From NCBI GenBank assembly GCA_009602735.1, contig WELA01002286.1, forward strand, positions 104,409 through 168,408: DNA of 64,000 nucleotides, read 5' to 3'. The translations under genes and the position numbers were made by a program. Under the pieces are notes generated by a model that saw only the letters and a program-made list of their open reading frames with translations, had not been told where the DNA came from and made no database searches. Positions within the stretch are counted from its first letter, which is position 1; each line of letters starts with the position of its first letter. This document shows positions 45,742 through 58,111 of the stretch, piece by piece. This stretch comes from Mesotaenium endlicherianum (taxonomy: Eukaryota).

Positions 45742-48700
45742 CTGTGGCTTATGAGAGGAGGAAGTTGACTCCTGCTGAGCAGAACAATGCAGCACATGAG
45801 CGGAAGATGTTGGCTATTATCCAGGCTTTGAGAGTTTGGCGATGTTCTGTGGACGGACAGAAGGTGTTCATAATGACAAACTACAAGAGTTGGGAGAAGT
45901 TTATGACGCAGCCGACGTTGACACCGAGAAAAGCAAGGTGGATGGAGTTTTTGCAACAGTTCGACCACAAGATTGAGCACTTACCAGGGAAGATCAACCC
46001 TGCAGACGCTCTATCCAGGAGGTGTGACCATGCAGCTGTATCAGTCATCAAGGAGAGTATGGATTTCAAGGGATAGCTTAAGAGAGGTTACGAGGAGGAC
46101 CCAGAGTTTGCTGATGGTGAAGCAGGTCAGTCCAATTCAAGTATGCAGAAGAGAGACGGCATATGATATTGTAGTGATTCAAAGAGAGTGGTAGTACCTG
46201 GCGTCAAGGAGCTACAAGACGGACTACTTGCAGAGCACCGTGATTGCTTATATGCTGGACACTTTGGAAGCTAGAAGACGACAAGCGTGTTGAAGCGGGA
46301 GTACTATTGGAGAAATATGGACAAGGACCTTGAGGATGAAAGGGGCAAAGTGTCCTAGTGGAAGCGTAGTGACTCACGAGAAAAGAAACTAGTTGCTATC
46401 ATACTAAAGAGTACAGCGGCATATCACTAAGAAACCTTAGAAAAATTACTCAACATTTTGAGTAACAAGAAAATGCTGACAAATCAACTAGGATGAAAGG
46501 CCTCGTCATTACAAATGTGTAGAAATTTACAAAAGTGAAGAATGATAAGAAACAAAGAAATTATGCCTAAATATAGTTTTCTGAACTAAATCTTTCTCTT
46601 TAGGCGGGAGGGCCGCTTAGCGACGGATTACCCTAAGTGTTTGTCAAATTGTCCCTTCTAGCACATTCATGAGTAAGCCAAACAAGTCTCATGTGACGCG
46701 TCGGGCCGATGTGACGTCCACATGTATGAATTAGAACATATAGAATATGCTAACTTAGACGCGCTAGGCTAATCCGAAACTTCTAGGTAAATCGGCCTAG
46801 TCGACACTCCGCGTCAGCCGAAGTTACGTGAAGGTTCAAATTCACTCTAACGGCCCAGATCGCTTGACGCTGTCGGTCGATCCGACGGTCGCGCTCTCCA
46901 CGAATTAAGGACAGTCGTTAGTCGGCCTCCAAACTAATTAAACTTCGAAAATTCGTAACTCTCTCAATACTTGACCAAAATTGATGAACTTATATATCAG
47001 AATGACCACACAAATGCACTCTACACTTCTATGCAATTAGAATCTACTTTTGAGGAACTCAAAATTGCACTTTATAAACCTATGACCTTACATCTTTCTC
47101 ACATCTTTACCAGCGAGTGATCAAGTGCATGATGCAGTATGGGTTGTATCTGATAGACTCAGCAAGATGGCACACTTCATTTCCATGAAGGAGACTTGTA
47201 GGCAGTAGATGTGGCACGGCCATTCTTCGATCATATTTTCAGGCTACATGGGTTGCCAAAGATGATTATTTTAGATCGGAATTTAAGGTTTACAAGCAAC
47301 TTTTGGCGGTCATTGTTTACTTTGATGGGGACCAAGCTGAGCATGAGCGCTTCTTATCATCCTCGGACAGACGAGCAGAGACTTAATAAAACTCTGCAAG
47401 AGGTGCTCAGGACATTCACTATAGAGGACCCTTCAGAGTGCGACAAGAAGCTGCCAGAGTTGGAATTTGCCTACAATAACAGCATGTAGGGATCGACTAA
47501 GCAGTCACCATTCACTATGGTTTATAAGAGAGAAGTGTATCATCCAGGGAACATCTTGTTGAAGAAGGCCAAAGAGATTCAGGTTTCCACTACACAAGCT
47601 TTCATGGAGTAGATGGCCAACACTTGGGATATGGCGAAGACGTGTATTTGGAAGGCACAGGAAGAGCAGGTCAAGCATGCTAACAAGCACAACAGGGAAG
47701 TGACATTCCATGTGGACGACAAAGTACTCTTGTCAACAAAGAATCTACCTTTCACGGGCAAGAGGAAACTGCGGGCAAGATTTACAGGTCCATTTTTGGT
47801 GCTCAAGCAGGTGAATCCAGTGGTCTACAAGCTGGAGCTTCCTACAGACTGGGGCATTGCATGATGTGTTCCATGTCAGTGACCTACAGCCATACGTTGA
47901 CCCGAATGAAGAACATCGAGGACAAATACCTACACCGCCACCACCGGTCGAGATCGATGATGTATTGGAGTATGAAGTGGAGGCGATTGTCGGCGATCGT
48001 CGAGTCAAGCGCGGTTAACGACTTGCTCAAGAGTATCTGGTTAAGTGGAAAGGCTACCATGCGGACAACAACACTTAGGAGCGGGAGGCCAACTTGACTC
48101 ATTGTAAGAGTAAGTTGAGACGTTATCTGCAGAATGCGTCGAGGACGTCGCATCTTGAGAAGGGGGATGATGTAAGATCATATATTTATAAATTGCATTT
48201 TGAAAGTATCTCTTGATTGCATAGAAGTGTGTAGTGCATGCTTGTGGTCATTTTTATAAAAAGTTCATCGAATTCAGTTACGTGTTGAGAGAGTTAAGGA
48301 TTTCCAAAGTTCAAATAAGTTTTGAGGTCTGTTGACGACAGTCCTTAATTGGCGGTGAGCACGACCGTTGGATTAACCGATAGCGTCAAGCGATCTGGGC
48401 CGTTAGAGTGGATTGGAGCCTTTACGTACTTTCGGTTGATGCGGAGTGCCGACCAGGTCGATTCACCAAGAAGTTTCGAATTAGTCTAGCGCGATTAAGT
48501 TAGTATATTCTAGATATTTTGATGCATGCATGTGGACGTCAAATTGGCCCGACACGTCAGATGAGACTGCTCTGGCCAACTCACGAATGTTGTGGAAGGG
48601 ACGATTTGACCAACACGTAGGAAAATCCGTTGCTCAGCGGCCCTCCCGTCTAGAAAGGGAGACTTAGGTCAAAAAACTATTAATAGGCCTAACTACTTCA

Positions 48701-48916
48701 TTTCTTATCGGTTTTCAATACTGTAAATTTCAACGACTTGATTATGACAAGGCCTTTCATCCTAATCTATTTGTGAGCAGTTTCTTGCTACTCAATATGT
48801 TGAGTAATTTTTCTAAGCTTTCTTAGTGCTATGCCGCTGCACTCTTTAGTATGATTGCAACTAGTTCTTTTCCTCGCGATTCACTACGCTTCCACTAAGG
48901 CACTCAACCCCTTTCA
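45742..48916 (+). mobile_element. 3' fragment of a family A chromovirus (RNase H-integrase-chromodomain, PPT, 3' LTR 48171-48916)
   Basis: VAYERRKLTPAEQN..., integrase and chromodomain frames align to the 49374-55498 copy. PPT GAGAAGGGGGA precedes TGTAAG. Confidence 0.92.
46337..47092 (-). mobile_element. Family A LTR inserted in opposite orientation into the family A fragment
   Basis: TGAAAGGGG...CCTTACA termini on the + strand. No TSD (GAGGA vs TCTTT) and adjacent integrase sequence is deleted. Confidence 0.9.
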
Positions 48917-51900
48917 ATCAGCATACCTCTAACCATATCGCGTGCTCCCCTCCTTGTAATTGCGTCCTCTGGGCATTTTTGCCTCTCGTTGCTGCCAAGT
49001 ACACTCAAATCTCCTTCTTCCTCTGCCTAGGCAGGTGGGCTGGGGGACCAAGCTTGAGGTCCATTTGCCGCCACAGTAAGGGTCACAGCCCATCCCGTTG
49101 CTCGAGGCCCTCTAGGAGGAAGTGTCTCTGCTTGTCCCTGGATCTCCTGAACTTTGGCGAATGATGTCTCTCCTCTGCCCTGTTCTTCTTCGTCCTCCTC
49201 CTTATCTTCCTCCTCTGAGAGGGTAGGGGTCTCATCCACCAAGTCATTGTACTCCTTGGTAGATATGGATAAATCTATTGACCGCCCTTTCTTAGGACGA
49301 GCTGGGGGTTGCTTGGCCTTCAGCTTACTGATATCTATCCGCCCTGCATTCTTTGCCTATTTGACAAAGGCATTGTAAGGTCATAGGTTTATAAAGTGCA
49401 TTTTTGAGTTTCATAAAATTATGTTTTGATTGAGCATTCATGAAGAGTGCATTTTTGTGGTCATTTTGATATAAAGTTCATCAAATTTGGTCAAGTATTG
49501 AGAGAGTTACGGATGTCTGAAGTTTAAGTAGTTTTGAGGTCGGTTGACGACTGTCCTTATTCGCGGTGAGCGCGACCGTCGCATTGACCGACAGCGTCGA
49601 GCGATCTGGCCCGTTAGTGTGAACTCGAACCTTCACGTAAGTTCGGCTGACGCGGAGTGCCGACTAGGTCGATTTACCTAGAAGTTTCGGTTTAGCCTAG
49701 CGCGTCTAAGATAGAATATTCTAGTAATGTCGATGCATGTATGTGGACGTCAATTCGACCCGACACGTCAGATTAGACTGATCTGGCTTACTCACGAATA
49801 TTTTGGAAGGGACGATTTGATGAACACTTAGGAAAATCTGTAGCTTCCTCTTAGGGAGGAACACTTAGGCAGAAAATTATAAATAGGCATAACTTCTTTG
49901 TTTCTTTTCAGTTTTCACTTCTATAAATTTCTACGGGTTTGTAATGACAAGGCCTTTCATCCTACATCATTTGTGAGCAGTTTCTTGCTACTCAAGATGT
50001 TGAGTATTTTTCCTAAGCTTTGTTAGTGATATGCTGCTGCACTCTTGAGTATGATTGCAATTAGTTCCCTTCCTCGTGAGTCACTACGCTTCCACTAGTG
50101 CACTTTGCCCCTTTCATCTGGTATTGGAGCAGGACTAGTCTGCATATTATATTACGGAGTCGCAGTCGGCAGCTGGAGGAGGCGAACATGTCAAGCATGT
50201 TGAGCGCGCGGGGCAACAGGCAGCACCAACAATGACCGGAGAGCAACAAGAGATGCAGGCAATGCTAAGACAAATGGCAAATGCAATTGGAGGAGAAGTG
50301 TACACCCAGTTTCAACAAAATATGCGCGCGGAGGTGGAGAGAATGGTGCGAGTTGTTATGGGGAACGCCGCTTCGACGAGTTCGGCACCTGCACCTGTTG
50401 TGCCACTGATTCATGTCAACCCAGTGGTGCAACCAGTTATTCCACCCGCATCAGGAGTGCGTGCGCCTAAGCCTGAAGTTTATACTGGAGAGCGTGGATC
50501 GCCGCCTGTTCATCAATGGATTTTTATGGAGTACTCTGCGCTCACGCCCGACAGGCAAGTCGCCTTTGTCATAACCTTGCTGCAGAAGAGTGCTGGAGCT
50601 TGGTATGAACGAGAAGAGCAGTTGTCTGGAGTTCCTGCTACTGGTGATCAGCTATTTGAAGGCTTGAAGAGGCAATTTTGACCTATTGCACCCGAGGCTA
50701 CCGCTCGAGATCTATTGGTGCGCCTTCGTCAGCGAGGAAGCGTTCAGGAGTATGTTTTGCGCTTCAACGAGCTGGTGCTTCAATGCCCATCCATGCACGA
50801 GTCAGAGATGATGGACAAGATCAAGAGGGGACTCAAGCCAACTGTGGCCAAGAAAGTGGGGCTCAAGGACCCTACCAGTCTTGGGAAAATGATGGCATTG
50901 GCAACAAGGGTCGACGCTGTGGAGTATAGTCAGAGGCAGTGGGGCAGCCACAGCTTTGGAGGATATCGACACTTTGGATCTCAAGCGCCAAACACAAGTG
51001 TTCAACGTCCAGTACCCATGGAGTTGGGACTTGTGCAGTACCAGCGCAAGCAACAGAATTTCCAGCCGAGAGGACCCTGCTATAATTGCGGCAAGCTTGG
51101 ACATCTGGCTCGAGACTGTCATGTGAAGGCGAAACAACCTCAACAACAGGAAAAAGGAGGACGCCAGTAAGTCGTTCTGGGGTGTCTACTGGCGTGAAGA
51201 CGAGAACTCACAAGGAGGTTATCCCCAGGAGCCTGCCGAGAAGCAAAGGACAAGACGTTGACAAGCTTATCATCGTGGAAGGAGTGGTCGACGGCAATAA
51301 TGTGAAGTGTATGGTCGACAGTGACGCAAGTGCAAATTTTGTGCACAAGAAGCTGGTGAAACAGTGGCGAATCCCTCTGCAGAAGCATTATGAGCCTAAG
51401 GAGGCAATTTTGGCGAATGGGCAGAGACTCAAGTGTGGTGCACCTACGAAAACTATTCACGTGGAAGTAGCGAGGCACCAGAGTACTGAAGTTATGGAGT
51501 AGGCAGAGTTAGGTCACCATGAGGTGATATTGGGCCGACCATGGCTAAGAAAAGCCAACCCTCAAGTTCACTGGAGCACAGGACAAGTGAAAGTCCAAGG
51601 GCGTGATGGTCGAATGGAGACAGCGAAACAGGTGGAGGAAGATACGACCACAAGTAACTGTCTTCTGTCGAGCCTGCAAGTTAAGAAGCTATGCAGGGCG
51701 AATCAGGTGAAGGAGATGTACCTTGTTTCGGTGGCCCTGACCAGGTCATCAAATGGAGCAAGCGTGAATCCTAACAGCCTGGGCGAATGTACATCGCCGG
51801 AGGAGCAAGTAGTGGTGTCTGATCCCCTTGCTCAGAAGGAGCAGAGCCCAACTGCTCAAGAGAAGAAGCCTGCTGAGATGCTTGCCCAAAATAAGGTGCT

Positions 51901-54900
51901 GTTGGAGGAGTTCAAGTGCGTATTTCCTGAGGAGCTACCTGCAGGATTACCTCCACAGAAAGCTATGGAGCACAAGATTGAGTTGGAACCAGGGAGCAAG
52001 CCACCAGTGAGACCCGCCTATCGACAATCGTTTGCGGAGTTGGATGAGTTGAAGAAGCAGCTGACAGAGTTGTTCGAGAAGGGGTTCATCCGACCCAGCG
52101 AGTCTCCATTTGCAACGCCAGTCTTATTTATTAAGAAGAAGGATTGGACTATGAGGATGTGTGTCGACTACCGGGCACTCAACAAGGTCACCATCAAAAA
52201 CAGGTACCCACTTCCACGGATGGACGAGTTGATTGACAGGCTTGTCGGGGCGAAGTATTTCTCGAAGATCGATTTGAGGAGTGGCTATCACCAGGTACGG
52301 ATTGCGGAAGGAGACGTTCAGAAGACTGCTTTCAGAACTCGCTATGGTTTGTTCGAGTTCACAGTCATGCCTTGGATTCACTAATGCACCTGCTACATTC
52401 ATGGGACTCATGAATAGTATCTTCAGACCCTACTTGGACCAGTTTGTGGTGGTATTTTTGGACGACATCCTAATCTATTCGAAGACCTTGGAAGAGCATG
52501 TGGAGCATCTGAGGAAGGTGTTGGAGGTCTTGAGAAATCAAAAGCTGTATGGGAAGATGAGCAAGTGCGACTTCTGTCTCAAGGAGGTTGAGTTTGTTGG
52601 ACACATAGTGGGAGCTGAAGGAGTCAAGGTGGAGCAGAAGAAGGTGCAAGCAGTCAGAGATTGGCCGGTACCTGCTGATATTCATCAACTCAGGAGTTTC
52701 CTCGGCATGGCGAATTATTATCGACGTCACATTGAAGGATTTGCCATGGTATGTGCACCGCTGACGGACATGTTGAAGAAGCAAGAGAAGTGGCTATGGG
52801 GTGACAAGGAGCAGCAAGCCTTCAAGAAGATTAATGAGATGTTAACACAGGCACCTGTGTTGGCAATTGCCAGTCCAGAGCTTCCTTTCACCATCATCAC
52901 GGACGCATCAAACTTTGCAGTGGGAGCCATTCTTCTCCAGGACCAGGGCAAAGGATTGCAGCCTGTGGCATATGAGAGCAGGAAGTTGAGTCCTGCTGAG
53001 CAAAACTATGCAGCACACGAGCGGGAGTTGTTAGCTATTATCCAGGCTTTGAGGATTTGGCGATGTTATGTGGACGGCCGGAAGGTGTTCATAAAGACCG
53101 ACCACAAGAGCTTGGAGAAGTTTATGACGCAGCCAACGTTGACACCAAGACAAGCAAGGTGGATGGAGTTTTTGCAACAGTTCGACCACAAGATTGAGTA
53201 CTTACCTGGGAAGATCAACCCTGCACACGCTCTATCCAGGAGGTGTGACCTTGCAGCTGCTTTAGCCATTGAGGACAATATGGACTTCAAGCAGAAGCTT
53301 CAGAGAGGTTATGAGGAGGACCCAGAGTTTTCTGATGGTGGAGCAGCTGAGTCCAACTCGAGTATGCAGAAGAAAGACGGCATATGGTATTATGGTGATT
53401 CCAAGAGAGTGGTGGTACCTGACATCAAAGAGCTACGAGACTTACTACTTGCGGAACATCATGACTGCTTATATGCTGGACACTTTGGAAGCGAGAAGAC
53501 GGCAAGCGTACTGAAGCGGGAATACTACTGGAGAAATATGGACAAGGACATCGAGAAGTGGATCAGGAGTTGCGATGCGTGCCAGAGAAACAAGACACCA
53601 AATCAAAAGAAGAGAGGTACATTGCAACCCCTGCCTATTCTAGAGTATCCCTGGGAGCAGATTGCTATGGACTTCATCACATGGTTACCAGTCAGTGGTC
53701 AAGGGCACGATGCAGTATGGGTTGTGTCTGACAGACTCAGCAAGATGGCTCACTTCATTCCCATGAAGGAGACTTCTACGGCAGCAGATGTGGCACGGCT
53801 ATTCTTTGATCATATTTTCAGGCTACGTGGGTTGCCGAAGGTGATTGTTTCAGATCGGGATCCAAGGTTCACTAGCAACTTTTGGCGGTCATTGTTTACT
53901 TTAATGGGGACCAAGCTGAGTATGAGCACTTCCTATCACCCTCAGATAGATGGGCAGAGTGAGAGGCTCAACAGAACTCTGCAAGAGGTGCTCAGGAGTT
54001 TCACTATGGAGCACCCTTCAGAGTGGGACAAGAAGTTGCCAGGATTGGAGTTTGCCTACAACAACAGCATGCAGGGATCGACCAAGCAATCACCATTCGC
54101 TATGGTTTATGGGAGAGAAGTATATCACCCAGGGAACATCTTGTTGGAGACGGCCAAAGAGACTCAGGTTCCTACTACACAAGCTTTTATGGAGCAGATG
54201 GCCAAGACTTGGGATATGGCGAAGACGTGTATTCGGAAGGCACAGGAAGAGCAGGTCAAGCATGCTAATAAGCACAGGAGGGAAGTGACATTCCATGTGG
54301 GCGACAAAGTACTCTTCTCAACAGAGAACCTACCTTTCACAGGCAAGAGGAAATTGCGGGCACGGTTTACAGGTCCCTTTGTGGTGCTCAAGCAGGTGAA
54401 TCCAGTGACCTAGAAGTTGGAACTTCCTTCAGGCTGGCGTATCCATGATGTGTTCCACGTCATTTGTTTGCGACCATACGTTGATCCGAATGAAGGACAT
54501 CCTAGACGACTACCTACACCGCCACCACCGGTCGAGATCGATGATGTATTGGAATATGAAGTGGAGGTGATTGTCGGCGATCGACGAGTCAAGCAAGGTC
54601 AACGATTTGTCCAAGAGTATCTGGTCAAGTGGAAAGGCTACCATGCGGACGACAACACTTGGGAGCCAGAGGCCAACTTGACTGATTGTAAGAGTAAGTT
54701 GAGACGTTATCTGCAGAATGCGTCGAGGACGTCGCATCTTGAGGAGGGGGATGATGTAAGGTCATAGGTTTATAAAGTGCATTTTTGAGTTTCATAAAAT
54801 GATGTTTTAATTGTGCATTCATGTAGAGTGCATTTTTGTGGTCATTTTGATATAAAGTTCATCGAATTTGGTCAAGTATTGAGAGAGTTACGGATGTCTG

Positions 54901-56480
54901 AAGTTTAATTAGTTTTGAGGTCGGTTGACGACTGTCCTTATTTCGCGGTGAGCGCGACCGTCGCATTGACCGACAGCGTCGAGCGATCTGGCCCGTTAGT
55001 GTGAACTCAAACCTTCACGTAAGTTCGGCTGACGCGGAGTGCCGACTAGGTCGATTTACCTAGAAGTTTCGGTTTAGCCTAGCGCGTCTAAGATAGAATA
55101 TTCTAGTAATGTCGATGCATGTATGTGGACGTCAAATCGGCCCGACACGTCAGATTAGACTGATCTGGCTTTCTCACGAATATTGTGGAAGGGACGATTT
55201 GATGAACACTTAGGAAAATTCGTAGCTTCCTCCTAGAGGGGAGCACTTAGGCAGAAAATTATAAATAGGCATAACTTCTTTGTTTCTTATCAGTTTTCAC
55301 TTCTGTAAATTTCTACGGGTTTGTAATGACAAGGCCTTTCATCCTATATCATTTGTCAGCAGTTTCTTGCTACTCATAATGTTGAGTATTTTTCCGAAGC
55401 TTTGTTAGTGATATGTCGCTGCACTCTTTAGTATGATTGCAACTAGTTCCTTTCCTCGTGAATCACTACGCTTCCACTAGGGCACTTTGCCCCTTTCAAG
55501 CATGCTTCTTTTAAAAAGAGGTAATCTCGTCCTCTTGTACTCCTTGGTTTTTGCATTCATGTTACTCAGGCATCCATTAAGCTTGGAGTCCCAAGGAGCA
55601 ATGTGAGGTGGCAAGATGAGGTAGCCCTCTAGCCCATAGTGGAAGTCATCCGGGTGGGCCTGTTCACACTTCGCCTTCCGGTTAGTGACGATCATCCACT
55701 TCCTGTCCGTGGGCTGCTGGCAGTCTTGTGGCCCAAGTTCAGCCTTTTTCAACTTACAAGGGAGTCAGTGGGGAGAGAAAATTTGCTGCCCTGCTTCCCT
55801 AGCTAAGTACTCCCAGCTTCTCCTCCTGACCTCATTGTGGGCTGGCATCAGGATTTGGTAAAATACGATATCTTTAAAGTTGTCGAGCTGCATGCTCACC
55901 ATCCTGTTGAGCCTCTGATTCCCCATTTTGCTAGGTACTGGTACTAGCTTATCTTTCGAGTCATTTGCAAGGAACCGCGCTTGCTCTACTGTATACCCCA
56001 CCATCTTGGCATAATTTTTGTAGAGGACAACACCTGTGTGTGTCTTAATATACCTATCCAGAGCTTGAGCTCCTTGCTTCTGCAACACTGCTTGCTGGGC
56101 AACCCGATTGATTTTTTGGGTTGCCAGTAATGCCTCCTTCAGGCTATCAAAGGTTTGGCCACCCACCACCTGTAAGTGGCCAGGCTCTTTTGCGTCTTAG
56201 CTTCCGCCTTCTTACTCTTTTCTTCCTCCGCAGCCGCCGCTTCCTCTTATAGTTTCTTTTGTCTCTCTTCTTCGGCCTTCTTGAGGTTTTCAGCCTCCTT
56301 CTTCTTTTGTGCCTCCTCCGAAGCCTCTTGTTGTCTGCGGACTCTATCTTGTTCTCTTTTGGAACGTCGCCGCCAACTCTTTCCGCCATCCGGTACCGCT
56401 CCATTGTTCTCATAGCTTCTTCTGCCTTACGCGTCCTGTCTTTTTTTTGTGTGGTGGGAGTCATCCTGCACAAGTAGCCA
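48917..56480 (-). pseudogene. Second copy of the family C unknown ORF, split by the 49374-55498 insertion (pieces 56480-55499 and 49373-48917)
   Basis: Shares LYxNYAKMVGxTV, NEVxRRSxExLAxE, PTDRxWM, LPPHxAxWD and QPPxxPKKG with 43135-44500, in the same order. Confidence 0.8.
49374..55498 (+). mobile_element. Full-length Ty3/gypsy chromovirus, family A, relatively young but inactivated
   Basis: LTRs 49374-50116 and 54755-55498 (TG...CA, few substitutions), TSD GGCAT/AGCAT, PBS TGGTATTGGAGC 50119-50130, PPT 54741-54751. Gag has CYNCGKLGHLARDC, then protease, RT (VFLDDI), RNase H (TDAS), integrase and a chromodomain YEVEVIV...YLVKWKGY...NTWEP. Premature stops at 50679, 51500 and 54411, and a frameshift near 52372. 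Confidence 0.97.
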
Positions 56481-57613
56481 AGACACTAATTAGTGGGCTC
56501 CCATTCATCGTCACTGTAGATGAAGAAAGAGGAGTAAGTTTGTATCATCACAGCATATCTGTTCTCTTACCTTACCGCGTGGGTACGAAGAGTTAAGCGT
56601 GATAAGAATAACGAATGAATGTGTGTGCAACGTGAATTTAAGTAATTCGTGTATGTGCTGGTCTCTCTCTCTTTTTGAGTAGTGAGCTCTTTCCAACTGA
56701 GCTCAAGGTGAGCCTGGCTGGCCCATCTGTTACTTAACTGCAACCTTCCGTCACATTCCTCTCCAACTTAAATGGAGACAAGACCTCCTGTCACCTTCCG
56801 ATGTTAACTAAAATGACAGTTAAGGAGGTCTCCCAGCCACCCGAAGGTGAAAGCGTTTCAACGCCCCTTTGGCATTGGTTAAATGGTTGTCAAACTCCCA
56901 AGTATCCCTTGAGGCATTGTAACCCTTCCAGCGGACCAGTTATTTTATGACATACTTACAAGATTGACGAACAGAGCGAGCTTCGAGAATCTCATCCACC
57001 TCATATTCTGCAAGGTCACCATCTCGGACAGCGGGGACCGGTCCCGGTTGGATAGGTGACCGACTTGTGAATAGTGTGTCACCCTTAATGTACAATTCTA
57101 GAAGGGAGACATTAAAAACAGGGTGACACTTGTATTCCGCTGACATGTTTGGTTTGTAAGCATTCTGACCGACACGACGTACCATCGAGTATGGATCGAC
57201 CCAAATTAGACCCAGCTTTTTCTTGACCACAGTAGGCAGGTACAGGTGCTGAGAATGCAGTTTGACCAAATTGCCCTTGGAAAATGTCACCTCTCGACGG
57301 TCTTGATTAGCATATGTTTGTTGATTTTTTTGTGCTTTGTGCAAGATTTGTTGCAGTCCTAATAGGGTGTTAGCAAACTCCTGAGTTAACATGAGGGATA
57401 CCGGGTTGTCAATCCCCTCAGGATGGGTGAAAGACTCCCCTAGCACATTTGAAGAAGACTTGGGCACCCTTCCCAGATTGAGTTCAATAGGAGTCTTGCC
57501 TGTTGACGCATGCACCGCACTTTTGATCGCAAATTGAATTTGGGGCAGCAGTTCATCCCAATTATCTTGTTCTTCTTATTAGTATAAGCTCTCAGCACCT
57601 CCTACATGACTCG

Positions 57614-58111
57614 TGTAGTGCACGTGGATAACGTACTTAGTGAAATATAATACTATATCTATTCTAGACAAGGATCTATCAACACAAGTGGTAGCTTCTT
57701 GAAAGAGAGCTGGCTTCTTGAAAGTTAATATATTTCTGGACTTTGGCAAGTACAAGAGTGATTTTGGAATGTCTTTCTATGTTCTAGCTCTTGTTTATAT
57801 AGTTGCTACATAAGGAATTTCTAGGAAAGTGTATGTTGATGTGTTGGCACCCAACACATCCCAAAACTTGCCACCTCTTTCTAGAATAATGTACACATGT
57901 CCTTTTGACCTAAAAATGGCACATTTGACTTTTGCCACATGGAGTTCTTCTAGGTCCTTCCTCTAACTTCAAAAATTCCTTAGAAGGTTCAAAGGACATC
58001 AACCAAGTCACTAGAGTATCTAGTCACTCTTGCCTCCACACAATACTACTCCAAATATATTCAAAAGCATCAAAATATATGTTAACTCATATATTATATC
58101 TCAAATCACTA
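57614..58111. mobile_element. Family B solo LTR-like insertion in the family D integrase
   Basis: Interrupts QTDGQIERIN|RVM. Homologous to 36044-36313 + 42283-42515. Confidence 0.82.
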
